Shown here piece by piece: positions 10,071 through 20,392 of a stretch of DNA of 64,000 nucleotides (position 1 is the first letter of the stretch; every line of letters starts with the position of its first letter). Origin of the DNA: Acidimicrobiia bacterium (lineage in GTDB: Bacteria > Actinomycetota > Acidimicrobiia > IMCC26256 > DASPTH01); NCBI GenBank assembly GCA_046331125.1, contig JAXLRL010000005.1, forward strand, positions 64,923 through 128,922, written 5' to 3'. A program made the position numbers and the translations under genes. The notes under the pieces were generated by a model, which worked only from the letters and a program-made list of their open reading frames with translations, was not told the origin of the DNA and searched no databases.

Positions 10071-10507
10071 ATGGACACGATGAAGACCCGCTCCGTGCCG
10101 GCGCCGCCGTGGCACCCTCCGCCTCCCAGACCGTCGCCCCTGCCGCCGACGGGAACGCCGTCGCGGGCCCGGCGCTCGACCCCGATCTCCGCCTCGCCGC
10201 AGTGCTGGGTCTCTCGCTCGTGTGCTGGACGCCGGTGCTGCTCGGCTGCATCAGCGGCTCGATCACCCTCGACCGTGCGGTCCTCTGGTACCTGGCCGCC
10301 CTCGCGGTCGCGTTCCTCGCCGTGCGCGGGGTCGAGTGGCTCGTCGGCGGCTTCGCCCGCAACAACGAGGCCCGGCGCCTGGCCGCCCTCGGCAACGAGA
10401 TCGCCGCCGAGCACAGCGTGCCCGGCGGCGAGACGTTCGTGATGGACCAGCCCGCCGAGCGGGCGCCGATGCCGGCGTCAGACGACGATCACGGCGAGGC
10501 GGCCTGA
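10071..10507 (+). CDS. hypothetical small membrane protein at the end of the flagellar operon
   Basis: The ATG at ~10071 is preceded by GAAGGGA. ORF 10109..10507 has strong GC3 bias and two hydrophobic helices (LAAVLGLSLVCWTPVLLGCI, VLWYLAALAVAFLAV). The first ~12 codons lie in another frame. I recognise no family. Confidence 0.45.
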
Positions 10508-10978
10508 GCCGTACCCCTCGATGTCGACATCGAGGGTCACGGCAGGCCGACGGCTTGTCGACCAGGCCCTGGGCGTCGTCGGTCGCCGGCGTCTCGGCGA
10601 CGACCTGCAGCGAACGCCACCGCACGTGCGGCGTGTCGTGGCTGTTGAACAGGCGCGGGTCATCACGTTGAGGACCTCGGCGTAGTTCTCGGAGAGCGTG
10701 TCGGCCTCGAGCCGCCCCGCCGTCACCGACTCGTTGACGATGCCGGGCGGCACCATCGTGAGGGCGGCACCCAGCGCGGCGCTGACCTCGAGGTCGGCGA
10801 GCACACAGGCGGCGACCGAACCGTCGTCCATGGTGAAGTCGGCGAGCGTGTGCCACGCCACCGGCTCGTCGTCGTCCTTGGCGGGCTCCGACTTGGCCAC
10901 GGCGACGTGGCGGTCGAGGAGATCGCCGAGCACCTCGCGGATCGTCTCCGGGATGGGCATCGGGATGCGGGTGGGCAC
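10478..10978 (-). pseudogene. hypothetical protein co-transcribed with cheY; possible CheC/CheX-superfamily relative (ExxN motif), frameshifted
   Basis: The GTG start at 10978 is preceded by AAGAGGAG and lies 32 nt after the cheY stop. The sequence runs ETIREVLGDLLDRHVAV..LSENYAEVLNVMT, continues in another frame (RLFNSHDTPHVRWRSLQVVAETPATDDAQGLVDKPSA), then returns (VTLDVDIEGYGSGRLAVIVV*). Confidence 0.4.
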
Positions 10979-11010
10979 GAGGTGCTCCTCTTGCTGAGAT
11001 CGTGGGCGGT

Positions 11011-11376
11011 TCAGAAGACGGATTCGACGAGCTCGCGGAACTCGTCACCGCTGAAGGGCTTGGCGATCAGGAAGCTCGCCCCCGACGCGATCGCCTGCTC
11101 ACGCATGGCGGACTGCGTCTCGGAGGTCACGAACCCGAAGCGGACGTCGCGCCCCTCGGCGCGCAGCGCCTGCAGGAGCTCGATGCCGCTCATGTTCGGC
11201 ATGTTCCAGTCGCACAGGACGAGATCGGGCGAACCATCCGTGCGGATGAGCTCCAGCGCGTGGTTGCCGTCCTCGGCCTCCACGACCTGGGCATCGGCCA
11301 GGACCGCCACGTGGTGCAGGCTGCGCTTCACGATCATGCGCATCGCCTTGCTGTCGTCGACGACGAGGACCTTCAT
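11011..11376 (-). CDS. cheY: chemotaxis response regulator CheY (single receiver domain)
   Basis: Sequence is MKVLVVDDSKAMRMIVKRSL..PDLVLCDWNMPNMSGIELLQALRA..FGFVTSE..ASFLIAKPF, with the receiver Asp/Thr/Lys positions present. An AGGAAGGGAG RBS lies upstream of the ATG at 11376. Confidence 0.9.
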   Translation of the reverse strand: MKVLVVDDSKAMRMIVKRSLHHVAVLADAQVVEAEDGNHALELIRTDGSPDLVLCDWNMPNMSGIELLQALRAEGRDVRFGFVTSETQSAMREQAIASGASFLIAKPFSGDEFRELVESVF

Positions 11377-11544
11377 GTCCCGATCTCCCTTCCTTGGTGA
11401 AGGGCTAGATCGGCCACGACCCCTCGTTCCTGAGCGGTTCCGGCGGGTCGCGGCCGGCCCGGGGATGTTCCGACAATGCTCAGGTCCCCCGCCGTCCCGC
11501 CGATGCTGTGCCCTGACACGGAACGACACGGGAGTGACCAGGAC

Positions 11545-11994
11545 ATGGAACTCGACAGCAACGACCTCGGCGAGGTCGTCTCCGCGGTGTGGAGTGGCAT
11601 GCTCGGCGTCGACATGGTGGCGACTGCGGCCGAAGAGCTGCCGCAGCCCGACGACGACGTGCAGCTCACCGGATGCATCCACATGAGCGAGGGCCACGAC
11701 GGCTCGCTGCTCGTGCGGGTCCCCGAGCCCGTCGCCAAGGAGCTCGCCGCGGCGATGTTCGCACTCGAGGTCGACGAGCTCGCCGACGACGACGTGGTCG
11801 ACGCCCTCGGCGAGGTGACCAACATGATCGGCGGCAACGTCAAGGCGCTCGTCGGCGGCGACCGCCTGTCGCTCCCGTCGGTGACCCGTGGCCACCGCTT
11901 CGACGTGGTCGTGCCGGGCAGCACGCTCCAGGCCGAGACCGACGTCGACTCCTGCGGTCACCACTCGCGCGTCCTGCTGCTCGCCCACGCGTAG
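11545..11994 (+). CDS. cheX: chemotaxis phosphatase CheX-like protein
   Basis: This is the inner ATG of ORF 11476..11994, with a GGGAG RBS. DALGEVTNMIGGNVKALVGG contains the D-x3-E-x2-N CheC/CheX motif. The gene is divergent from cheY. Confidence 0.75.
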   Translation: MELDSNDLGEVVSAVWSGMLGVDMVATAAEELPQPDDDVQLTGCIHMSEGHDGSLLVRVPEPVAKELAAAMFALEVDELADDDVVDALGEVTNMIGGNVKALVGGDRLSLPSVTRGHRFDVVVPGSTLQAETDVDSCGHHSRVLLLAHA

Positions 11995-12059
11995 CCGCGG
12001 CTGCGCCCTCTCGAATCTGCCGCCTGCGATCTGTGGTCGCCGGCGCACGGCCCGCCCCC

Positions 12060-13503
12060 GGTCCGGGCGCCGGCCCGGTCGCATGCGCGTCCCGCATCCG
12101 GACGACGTCGCTGCGGTACTCGCTCATCGTGTGCGGCCACTGGGTGACGATGCGCCGTCGGGCCCGCGGTAGTAGGTGCTGCACCCGCCCTGCCACGGGC
12201 TGACCGCGTCCATGTCGCGCTGCAACTGCTCGTTGTACAGGCGCTGCATCCGCGCTTCGTCCGCCGAGGTGCTCGCGGTCGATGCGCTCGATCTGGCGCA
12301 TCACGTAGTCGACCTGCGACTCGATCATGTAGATGATCGACCCGTTGTTGGTGTTGGGCCCGTACAGCACGAACAGGTTGGGGAATCCGCTGACCGTGAT
12401 CCCCAGGTAGGCCTCGGGCCCGTTCGCCCACTCGTCGGCGAGGCGCGCCGCCGCGCCCCGTGACGTCGATCGCCAGCAGGTAGCGCGTCGTCTGGAAGCC
12501 GGTCGCGCACGATGGTGTCGAACTCGCGTCCGTGCCGTCGCACCAGTGACGATCCCGCTCGGCGTGATGCGCGTGATGGTGTCGGTCACCAGCTCCACGT
12601 TGGGCCGGTTGAACGTCGGGTAGTAGTAGTTCGACATCAGCGGCCGGTGGCGCGGTACGGCGTGTCGGGCAGCAACCGCCCTCCGGGTCCTCCACCACCT
12701 CCATGTCGCGCGCAGGCACGCCTGGCGCCAGTTCGAGCGCGCTTCGTCCTGGAAGGTGATGAACGGGTCGGTGCTGCGGGAAGATCTCGTACTTGGAAGG
12801 CCTGCACCTTGGCGGGGTCGGCGCGGTCACGCAGTTGCTTCGCGGTGTAGGGCTGGTCCTCCTTGGGCGACCAGTTGGCCGAACGCTGGAGCAGCGTGGT
12901 GACCGGCGACCTTCGTACCTCGGGCACCAGCTGGACCAGCGGGCGGCGCGGCGCGCCGATCACCGCGGCGCGCTCACCGGTGAGGTCGTGGTCCCAGTCC
13001 CAGCGCGGTGTGGAACATCGTGCCGCCGAACTCGTCGAGACCCGGCGTCGGGGTACGGCCTCGTTGAACATGCCGGGCGCCGCTCACCACGATGTCGGCG
13101 GTGAGCGAGCCGCCGTCGGCGAACGTGAGGGTCGGCGCGACCTGGCGTCGTCCCAGCGCGCAAGCGCGCACCTCCACGGTGCCGTATTCGCGTGCTCGTC
13201 GATGCCGTACTTCTCCACGGTGCTCAAGGAGTACCTCGCGGATCTCGGCGTCGCCCGCGTACGGAAACGACCAGTCGGCCTTGAGCACCCACGAGAAGGA
13301 GTAGAGGTGCGACGATGTCCTCCGCCGCCCAGGTAGCGGTTGTGATACCAGGTGCCGCCGGGCCAGTTCCACTTCTCCAGCACCACGAAGTCGGTGATGT
13401 CGCGCTGCAGGAGCTGGTACGCGGTGGAGATGCCGCCCGGGCCGGCGCCCATCACCGCGACGTGCACGTGTTCGGGCAGCTGGGCCGTGGCAGAGCTGGT
13501 CAT
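12060..13503 (-). pseudogene. class B flavoprotein (Baeyer-Villiger-type) monooxygenase, many frame changes; 3' end approximate
   Basis: Fragments are spread over minus-strand ORFs 13084..13548, 12974..13555, 12637..13071, 11958..12830 and 11840..12637. Recognisable pieces are VAVMGAGPGGISTAYQL (FAD GxGxxG), WNWPGGTWYHNRY, SHLYSFSW, GERAAVIGA and IVTQWPHTMSEYRSD. Confidence 0.75.
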
Positions 13504-13562
13504 GCGGGCGACCGTACCCACGCCCCGCAGGTCGCGGCAACCGCCCAAGTCCCAAACCCCCG

Positions 13563-13605
13563 ACGTTGCGTCACCTGCATCCGCCAGAGTTCAACGACGC
13601 AACGT
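13563..13605. repeat. 10-bp inverted repeat (acgttgcgtc ... gacgcaacgt) with a 23-nt spacer; possible terminator or operator
   Basis: Read directly from the sequence. It lies between the stop of the hydratase gene (13642) and the start of the monooxygenase gene (13503), both on the minus strand. Any function is inferred only. Confidence 0.35.
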
Positions 13606-13641
13606 GGAGGAGACGTGGAGGGGCAGGTCAGCGGAAGCGGC

Positions 13642-14520
<879 letters not shown>

Positions 14521-14554
14521 CGATGAACGGGTAGTGCAGCGGCTGGATCAGATC

Positions 14555-15205
14555 AGGCCCCCTCGACGGCGCGTGTCGGGGTGCAGCGCCGCCTCGGCCC
14601 GCAGCTGCGCCAGCTTCGCCACCGTCGCCCTCCACGAACACCATGTCGAGCGCAAGGCCTTCGCGCGTGACCGACGAGAAGCTCACCACCCCGTGCACGC
14701 CGTCGAGCGCGACCACACGCGGCGTCCAGTCGGTGCGGTACCAGGCGTCGAGCGACTCGTGCTGCTCGCGTTGGACCACCACGGTCGCGGTGTGGCCGAC
14801 CGCCGGCACGTCCTCGGCCTCGAGTGTGCCGGCGGGGTCACCGAGCGCGTACTCGATGCGCATCACGTCCCCCTCGCGCACCACCTTCTTGTCGGCCGGG
14901 AACCGCATGCGGTCGCCGTCGTAGAGCTTGTCGCGCAGCACCGTCATGTCGTCGAACGCTCGCGGGTTCCACCCAGAGCGTGTAGATGGTGAGGAACACC
15001 GAGTGGCCGTCGGCGAACGGCGAGCCGGCGTCAGTTGCGCCGCGCGTCGTGGGCACCAGGCGGCGCGACGTAGCGGTGGCCGAGCATCACACCGGGCATC
15101 GACACGTTCGGCGGCACGTGCTCGAGGTCGTACCAGCGGTTCCACTCCTCGATGCTGTCGACGTCGCAGTCGAGCGCCGCGAAGATGATGCCGGTCGGTT
15201 GCATG
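14555..15205 (-). pseudogene. conserved hypothetical protein, frameshifted; boundaries approximate
   Basis: A minus-strand ATG at ~15205 opens MQPTGIIFAALDCDVDSIEEWNRWYDLEHVPPNVSMPGVMLGHRYV. It continues in other frames (DKLYDGDRMRFPADKKVVREGDVMRIEYALGDPAGTLE..VVALDGVHGVVSFSSVTREGLALDMVFVEG). GC3 bias supports coding. No family assigned. Confidence 0.4.
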
Positions 15206-15294
15206 GAGTTCCTCCGTCAAGGGCTGCCATGGTGTTGGCCTGGCGCGGAACGTAGCCGCCGACGGGCGATCACTGCACGTGACAGGCTGCACCC

Positions 15295-16488
15295 GTGCCC
15301 ACACCGCTCGTCGTCGACCTCGGCGATCCCGAGTTCTGGCAGGACCCGTACCCCACCTTCGCCCGCGCGCAGCACCGCATCGCGCGCAGCGACGAGGCGG
15401 TGATGCTGCTGCGCGCCGACGACCTCGACCTCGTGCACACCGACCCGGCGTTCGCCCAACCGGGCCTGCGCGCTCGAACGTCTCGGCGTGCACGACAGCC
15501 CCACTTCTACGAGTGGCGTCGCCTCACCATGCCCGCGCACGACGACCCGGTGCACGAACGGCTGCGCGGCACCGTCGTGCGCGCATTCACGCCGCGTCGG
15601 GTCGAGCCGTTGCGCGCCGAGCTGTACGAACACGCGTGCGCGGTGCTCGTCGAGCTGCGCACCCACGAGCAGTTCGACGTCGTCGCCGACTACGCGAACG
15701 ACCTCCCGCTCTGGTTGATCTGCCGCTTCCTCGGACTGCCGGTCGACGCGCGCACCGAGATCGCGACCTTCCTCGCGGGGACGGAGGCCGGGTTCGTCGA
15801 CCCACTCACCCCCGAGCGTCGTCGCGTCGCGGAGGACGGCATCGTCGCGCTCTACACCTACGTCGAGGGCCTCGTCGACGAGCGCGTCGCCGATCCCCGC
15901 GACGACATCGTCTCCGACCTGCTCGAAGCCGAGGCCGAGGGGCGGCTCTCGCGTGCCGAGTTGCTCGCGTTGGTGGTCAACGTGTTGGGCGGCGCGATCG
16001 GGTCGAGCCGGGCCGCGATCGCGAACACGATCCTGCTGCTGCTCGCACATCCCGAGCAGACGGCGTGGGTGCGGGCCGATCCCGACGCACGGCTCAACCC
16101 GGCGATCGAGGAGTGCCTGCGCTTCCACCCGCCGTTCCGTACCGGTCGGAAGCTCGTCGTGCACGACAACGACACGTTCGGGGTGCCGCTCGTCGCCGGC
16201 GACACCGTGTTCCTCGCCCGGCAGGCCGCCAACCGCGACCCGCAACGCTGGCGCGACCCCGACCGCTTCGACGTGACCCGTGCGCCCGAACGTCACTTCT
16301 CGTTCGGGTACGGGCCGCACTTCTGCCTGGGCCAGGCGCTCGCCCGCCTCGACGTGCAGGAAGCGGTGCGGGCGTTCCTCGCGGTGATGATGGACGAGCT
16401 CCCCGGCGCGCGCCTCCTGACGGTCGACCCGCGCCGGGTGCCCTTCACGCCGGACGAGCAACTCGAGGAGCTGCTCGTCCGGTCGTGA
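15295..16488 (+). CDS. cytochrome P450
   Basis: ORF 15295..16488 (397 aa) has the heme-binding loop FSFGYGPHFCLGQALA, the EECLRF (ExxR) motif and the I-helix GGAIGSSRAA. A short out-of-frame stretch at ~15465-15510 is described in the findings. Confidence 0.9.
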   Translation: MPTPLVVDLGDPEFWQDPYPTFARAQHRIARSDEAVMLLRADDLDLVHTDPAFAQPGLRARTSRRARQPHFYEWRRLTMPAHDDPVHERLRGTVVRAFTPRRVEPLRAELYEHACAVLVELRTHEQFDVVADYANDLPLWLICRFLGLPVDARTEIATFLAGTEAGFVDPLTPERRRVAEDGIVALYTYVEGLVDERVADPRDDIVSDLLEAEAEGRLSRAELLALVVNVLGGAIGSSRAAIANTILLLLAHPEQTAWVRADPDARLNPAIEECLRFHPPFRTGRKLVVHDNDTFGVPLVAGDTVFLARQAANRDPQRWRDPDRFDVTRAPERHFSFGYGPHFCLGQALARLDVQEAVRAFLAVMMDELPGARLLTVDPRRVPFTPDEQLEELLVRS

Positions 16489-16524
16489 CGTCTGTGTGCC
16501 TCGGGCCCGACCTCGGGCTGGGCC

Positions 16525-18381
16525 TCAGGCGGGGATGTGCATGTCCCGCAGCGACGAGCCGTTGAGCGTGCCGTTGCCGTTGCCGTACCCGTTGCCGTTG
16601 CCGTTGCCGTTCGAGTGCCCATTGCCGTTGGAGTGCCCGTTGCCGTTGGCGTAGCCGTGGTCGAGCGGGGCGTGCGACGAACCGTCGTCGTTGGCGATGG
16701 CGAGCAGCGACTGGGCGAGGCGGGAGAGGTCCTGCGCGGAGCTCTGCGTCTCGTTGGCGCCCATGGCCGCCACCTGCGCCGTGTCGGCGAGCGTGTGGGT
16801 GGAGACCGTGATCTCGTTCACGCCCGACGCCACCTCGGCGATGCTGCGGACCATCTCGGCGGTCGTCGCCGTCTGCTCCTCGACGGAGCTGGCGATGATC
16901 TCCTGGCTCTGGTTGATGTTCTCCACCACGGTGGCGATCTGCTCGATCGCGCTCACCGCCGCCATGGAGTCCATCTGGATCTTCTCGATCCGGCTCTTGA
17001 TGTCCTTGGTGGCCTTGGCGGTCTGGTTGGCGAGGTTCTTCACCTCGTCGGCGACGACCGCGAAGCCCTTGCCGGCCTCACCGGCGCGGGCGGCCTCGAT
17101 GGTCGCGTTGAGCGCCAGCATGTTGGTGTCCTCGGCGATGGACGAGATCACGCCGACCACTTCGCCGATGGCCGTGCTCGACTCGCCGAGCTCGGCGACG
17201 GCCTCACGGGTGGTGCGGGCGATCGCGACGGCCTCGGAGGCGGTGCGCGACGCCTCGACCGCGCCGTGCGAGATCTCGTTGATGCTCTCGCGCATCTCCT
17301 CGAGGGCGGAGGCGACGATCATGGCGCCCGAGTTCACCTCGTTGCCGGCCGTCGACAGCCGCTCGGCCTGCGCCGCGGTGTCGTCGGCGCCGGTGCCCAT
17401 GGACTTGGCGACCGCGCTGAGCTCCTCCGACGCCGCGGCGATCGTCGTCGCGTTGTCGCGGATGCCGGAGAGGATCGCGGTCTCCTTCTGCTTGGCCTCG
17501 TCGAGACCGATGACCGCGTCGTTGAGCGCAGTGCCGAGCTGGGCGATGTCGCCGCGGCCCGCCACCTCGACCCGGGCGCTGAGGTCACCCTCGCCCACCT
17601 GGGCCAGCACACCGTTGATCTTCTTGAGCTGCGAGGTGATCGAGTAGATCAGCAGGGCCGCGAGGCCGATGCCCACGATGATCGTGATCCACATGAACGT
17701 CTGGGCGCTGGATGCGCCGTCCTGCGCCGTGGTGACCGACTCGCGGGCCGCGGTGTCCGCGGCGGCAGCGGCGTCGATGGCACTCTGGAAGGAGGCGTCG
17801 GCCCGCTTGCCCACGATCGCGTTGAGCTTGTCGAACTGCGCCGGGATGTCGTTCGACACGTCGAGGTTGTCGACGGTCATGACCCGGACCGCGGCATTGG
17901 CGTCGCCGGCCTGCACCGCCGTCCACACCTGCTGCGAGAAGCCGTCGTAGGTCTTCATGTCGTCCTGCAGCGTCGTCAGGATCTGCTTCTCGCTGTCGAT
18001 CGTCGCCAGCTTCTTGGCTGTGGCCAGCTGCTTGAGCGCCTGGTCGTACCCCTCGCGGGTCTGCGACCAGGTGTCGGCGATGAGCTGGTTCTGCGAGGGG
18101 TCCCGCAGCGCGGCGAGCGCCACCGTCATGTTCGACTGCGTGTCGTCGGTCAGGAAGCCGAGGTACGCCTGGTTGATGTGGTCACCCAGGACGTTCTCCT
18201 GCTGCGCGAGGCGGGTCTTGGCCTCGGCCGTGGCGGCGAGCTTCTGGGTGTCCGACGCCTTGCTCTCGATGTTCGAGAAGCTCCCCATCGCGGAGCGCGA
18301 CGCGATGAAGAAGGTGCCCAGGAGCACGACGACGAGGGCGATCAACCGGACGGTGATCGAGAATCGGTGCAGGTACCGCAT
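16525..18381 (-). CDS. methyl-accepting chemotaxis protein (4-helix-bundle-type sensor, HAMP, signalling domain, Asn-Gly-rich C-terminal tail)
   Basis: This is ORF 16525..18411. The preferred start is MRYLHRF at 18381, with a GGAG 9 nt upstream. It has two TM helices, a HAMP region and the highly conserved tip [35 protein letters not shown]. Confidence 0.9.
   Translation of the reverse strand: MRYLHRFSITVRLIALVVVLLGTFFIASRSAMGSFSNIESKASDTQKLAATAEAKTRLAQQENVLGDHINQAYLGFLTDDTQSNMTVALAALRDPSQNQLIADTWSQTREGYDQALKQLATAKKLATIDSEKQILTTLQDDMKTYDGFSQQVWTAVQAGDANAAVRVMTVDNLDVSNDIPAQFDKLNAIVGKRADASFQSAIDAAAAADTAARESVTTAQDGASSAQTFMWITIIVGIGLAALLIYSITSQLKKINGVLAQVGEGDLSARVEVAGRGDIAQLGTALNDAVIGLDEAKQKETAILSGIRDNATTIAAASEELSAVAKSMGTGADDTAAQAERLSTAGNEVNSGAMIVASALEEMRESINEISHGAVEASRTASEAVAIARTTREAVAELGESSTAIGEVVGVISSIAEDTNMLALNATIEAARAGEAGKGFAVVADEVKNLANQTAKATKDIKSRIEKIQMDSMAAVSAIEQIATVVENINQSQEIIASSVEEQTATTAEMVRSIAEVASGVNEITVSTHTLADTAQVAAMGANETQSSAQDLSRLAQSLLAIANDDGSSHAPLDHGYANGNGHSNGNGHSNGNGNGNGYGNGNGTLNGSSLRDMHIPA
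16571..16656 (-). repeat. in-frame (AAC-GGC)n-type hexanucleotide repeat encoding the NG-rich tail of the MCP
   Basis: The plus strand reads gccgtt units repeatedly. The translation is [33 protein letters not shown]. Confidence 0.9.
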
Positions 18382-18492
18382 GATGATGAGCTCCGCTGTC
18401 CTCGGTGACACAGGGACCGCCCGCCGGGTGCGGGAGGTTCAGAGAGGCTGATCGTCCGGATCACCCGCGGTCTGAGGGGTTTCGGAATTGCC

Positions 18493-18516
18493 GAGACCCC
18501 TCCGGAGAGGGGTCTC
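18493..18516 (-). terminator. GC-rich hairpin (gagacccctc-cgga-gaggggtctc) downstream of the second MCP gene
   Basis: A perfect 10-bp stem with a 4-nt loop lies 44 nt after the stop at 18560. There is no clear U-tract, so terminator function is an inference. Confidence 0.45.
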
Positions 18517-18559
18517 GAACCTGTCGTCACCGGGCGCCGCTCGCGCGGCACGCTCGGGC

Positions 18560-20329
18560 TCAGTAGCGGAACTGGCCGACGAGCACGTTCAGGTCGTTGG
18601 CGAGGAACGACAGCTCCTCGGACGCCTGGCGGCTCTGCGACGCACCGTGCGCACTCTCGTTGGCGGCCGCGGCGACACCCTCGATGTTGCGGGCGATCTC
18701 ACGGGACGCCGCCGAGGCCTCGGCCACGTTGCGACCGATCTCGTTGGTCGTCGCGGTCTGCTCCTCCACCGCGGCGGCGATGCCGGCCTGCGAGTCGTTG
18801 ATCTGGGCGATCACGTTGCTCAGCTCGCCGATCGACTCGACCGCCTGGCTCGTCTCGCTCTGGATCATCTTGATCTGGGTCGTGATGTCGGTGGTGGCCT
18901 TGGCCGTCTGGTGGGCCAGCTCCTTCACCTCGTTCGCGACGACCGCGAAGCCCTTGCCCGCCTCACCGGCGCGGGCCGCCTCGATGGTCGCGTTGAGCGC
19001 CAGCATGTTGGTGTCCTCGGCGATCGCCGTGATCAGGGCCACGACGCTGCCGATGGAGTCGGCCGCGGTGAGGAGGTTGCCCACCGCGATGCTCGTGGTC
19101 TCGGCCTGCACCGATGCCGTGGTGGCAACGCCCGCCGCATCGGCGGCGTTCTTGGAGATCTCCACGATCGACGCCGTCATCTCCTCCACCGCGGTGGCCA
19201 CGGTCGAGATGTTGGCGGAGACCTCCTCGGCCGCGGCGGCGACGATGGTCGCCTGCGCCGACGTCTCCTCCGACGAGCCCGACATCTGCTCGCTCACCGC
19301 GGCGAGTGCCTCGGACGACCCGGCGAGGGTGCCCGCGTTGCCGGCGATGGAGCGCACGGAGTCCTGCATCTTGCCCACGAAGCGGTTGAAGTCGCGGGCG
19401 ACGGTGCCCAGCTCGTCCTCGCGGTCCTCCTCGACCCGGGCGGTGAGGTCACCCTCGCCGTCGGCGATGTCGGCGAGGCGGTCGCTGAGGCTCTTCAGCG
19501 GGTTGACGATCGAGCGGGTGATCACCACGGCGCAGGCGATGGCGATGCCCAGCGCAATCAGGCCGACGATGATCATGATCGTCTTGGCGGCGTTCCCGGT
19601 GCTCGACGCGTCAGCGGCGGCACTGGCCCGCTGGGCGTCGGCCGAGGTGACGAGCTTCTCGGACGCGGCGGTGAGGTTCTCGAACGTCTTGATCTCGTCG
19701 ACCAGCACGAGCTTGTCGGCGGCCGCCTTCGCGGCGGGTGTGCCCTTGCGGTAGTCGGCGATGATCGTCTTGTCGACGCTCATGAACGTGTCGAATTGCT
19801 TGCTGATCTCGGCGATCAGCGCCGCCTGCTCGGCGGTCAGCGGGTTGTCGCGCAGGGTGGCGAGCTCGCTGCGGAACGCCTTGGCCGACGCCAGGAAGGC
19901 GGCGCGGCTCTCGCCCGTGTCGCTGGTGGCGTCCTTGGCGCCGCGGGCGACGTCGAAGGCGTCCGCCGTCTGCCAACCGTTGAAGTCGGCGCTGCGGAAC
20001 TTCACCTGCAGCACGTCGTGCATGAGGTCACCCGCCTGCGCGGTGTTCGCGGACGCCGAGGTCTGCATCGACGAGCCCACCACGCCGACGATCACGGTCA
20101 CCAGGAGCAGTGCCGCCACCAGGCCGAACGCGGCACCGAGGCGGGTGCCGATCTTCACGTCGGCGAGCATCCCCGTGAGGGATCGCTTGCGCGGCGCCTT
20201 GCCGGCCGAGGGGGCCGGCGCCGGCTCGGGGCGCCCCGCGCGCTCGGGCTGCGAACCCGGCTCCGGGCCGGAAGCGGGCATGCCGCCGCCGGAGATGGGC
20301 GCGCGTTGGTCCGTCATGATGGTCGCCAT
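18560..20329 (-). CDS. methyl-accepting chemotaxis protein (Pro-rich cytoplasmic N-terminus, 4HB-type sensor, HAMP, signalling domain)
   Basis: Intact 589-aa ORF with the tip [35 protein letters not shown] and two TM helices. Confidence 0.9.
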   Translation of the reverse strand: MATIMTDQRAPISGGGMPASGPEPGSQPERAGRPEPAPAPSAGKAPRKRSLTGMLADVKIGTRLGAAFGLVAALLLVTVIVGVVGSSMQTSASANTAQAGDLMHDVLQVKFRSADFNGWQTADAFDVARGAKDATSDTGESRAAFLASAKAFRSELATLRDNPLTAEQAALIAEISKQFDTFMSVDKTIIADYRKGTPAAKAAADKLVLVDEIKTFENLTAASEKLVTSADAQRASAAADASSTGNAAKTIMIIVGLIALGIAIACAVVITRSIVNPLKSLSDRLADIADGEGDLTARVEEDREDELGTVARDFNRFVGKMQDSVRSIAGNAGTLAGSSEALAAVSEQMSGSSEETSAQATIVAAAAEEVSANISTVATAVEEMTASIVEISKNAADAAGVATTASVQAETTSIAVGNLLTAADSIGSVVALITAIAEDTNMLALNATIEAARAGEAGKGFAVVANEVKELAHQTAKATTDITTQIKMIQSETSQAVESIGELSNVIAQINDSQAGIAAAVEEQTATTNEIGRNVAEASAASREIARNIEGVAAAANESAHGASQSRQASEELSFLANDLNVLVGQFRY

Positions 20330-20392
20330 GAGGGGTCCATCGGACGGGCCCCGGCGATGCTGAGGCTTCTGACCGGTTCGCCCGGCCTGCCC

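Noticed and set aside
16571-16656. Short tandem repeats (gccgtt hexamers here, acc-ggc units near 33430-33475, Thr-Gly repeats in fliO) considered as a CRISPR or VNTR locus.
   Set aside because: The units are 6-9 nt with no spacers, and they are in frame within coding regions, encoding NG or TG low-complexity peptides. No cas genes are present.
18412-18492. Sigma-28/WhiG-type flagellar promoter (TAAA-N15-GCCGATAA) upstream of the MCP genes, also examined at 20330-20392 (..gtccgatgg.. close to the ATG).
   Set aside because: Only partial -10-like matches were found, with the wrong spacing to any -35-like element. That is not enough to call.
17053-19024. An 87-nt core (17053-17139 versus 18938-19024) shared by the two MCP genes with only 2 mismatches. 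I considered it as evidence for gene conversion.
   Set aside because: It encodes the universally conserved MCP signalling hairpin tip. With extreme GC3 codon bias, near-identity at synonymous sites is expected. The flanks diverge quickly.
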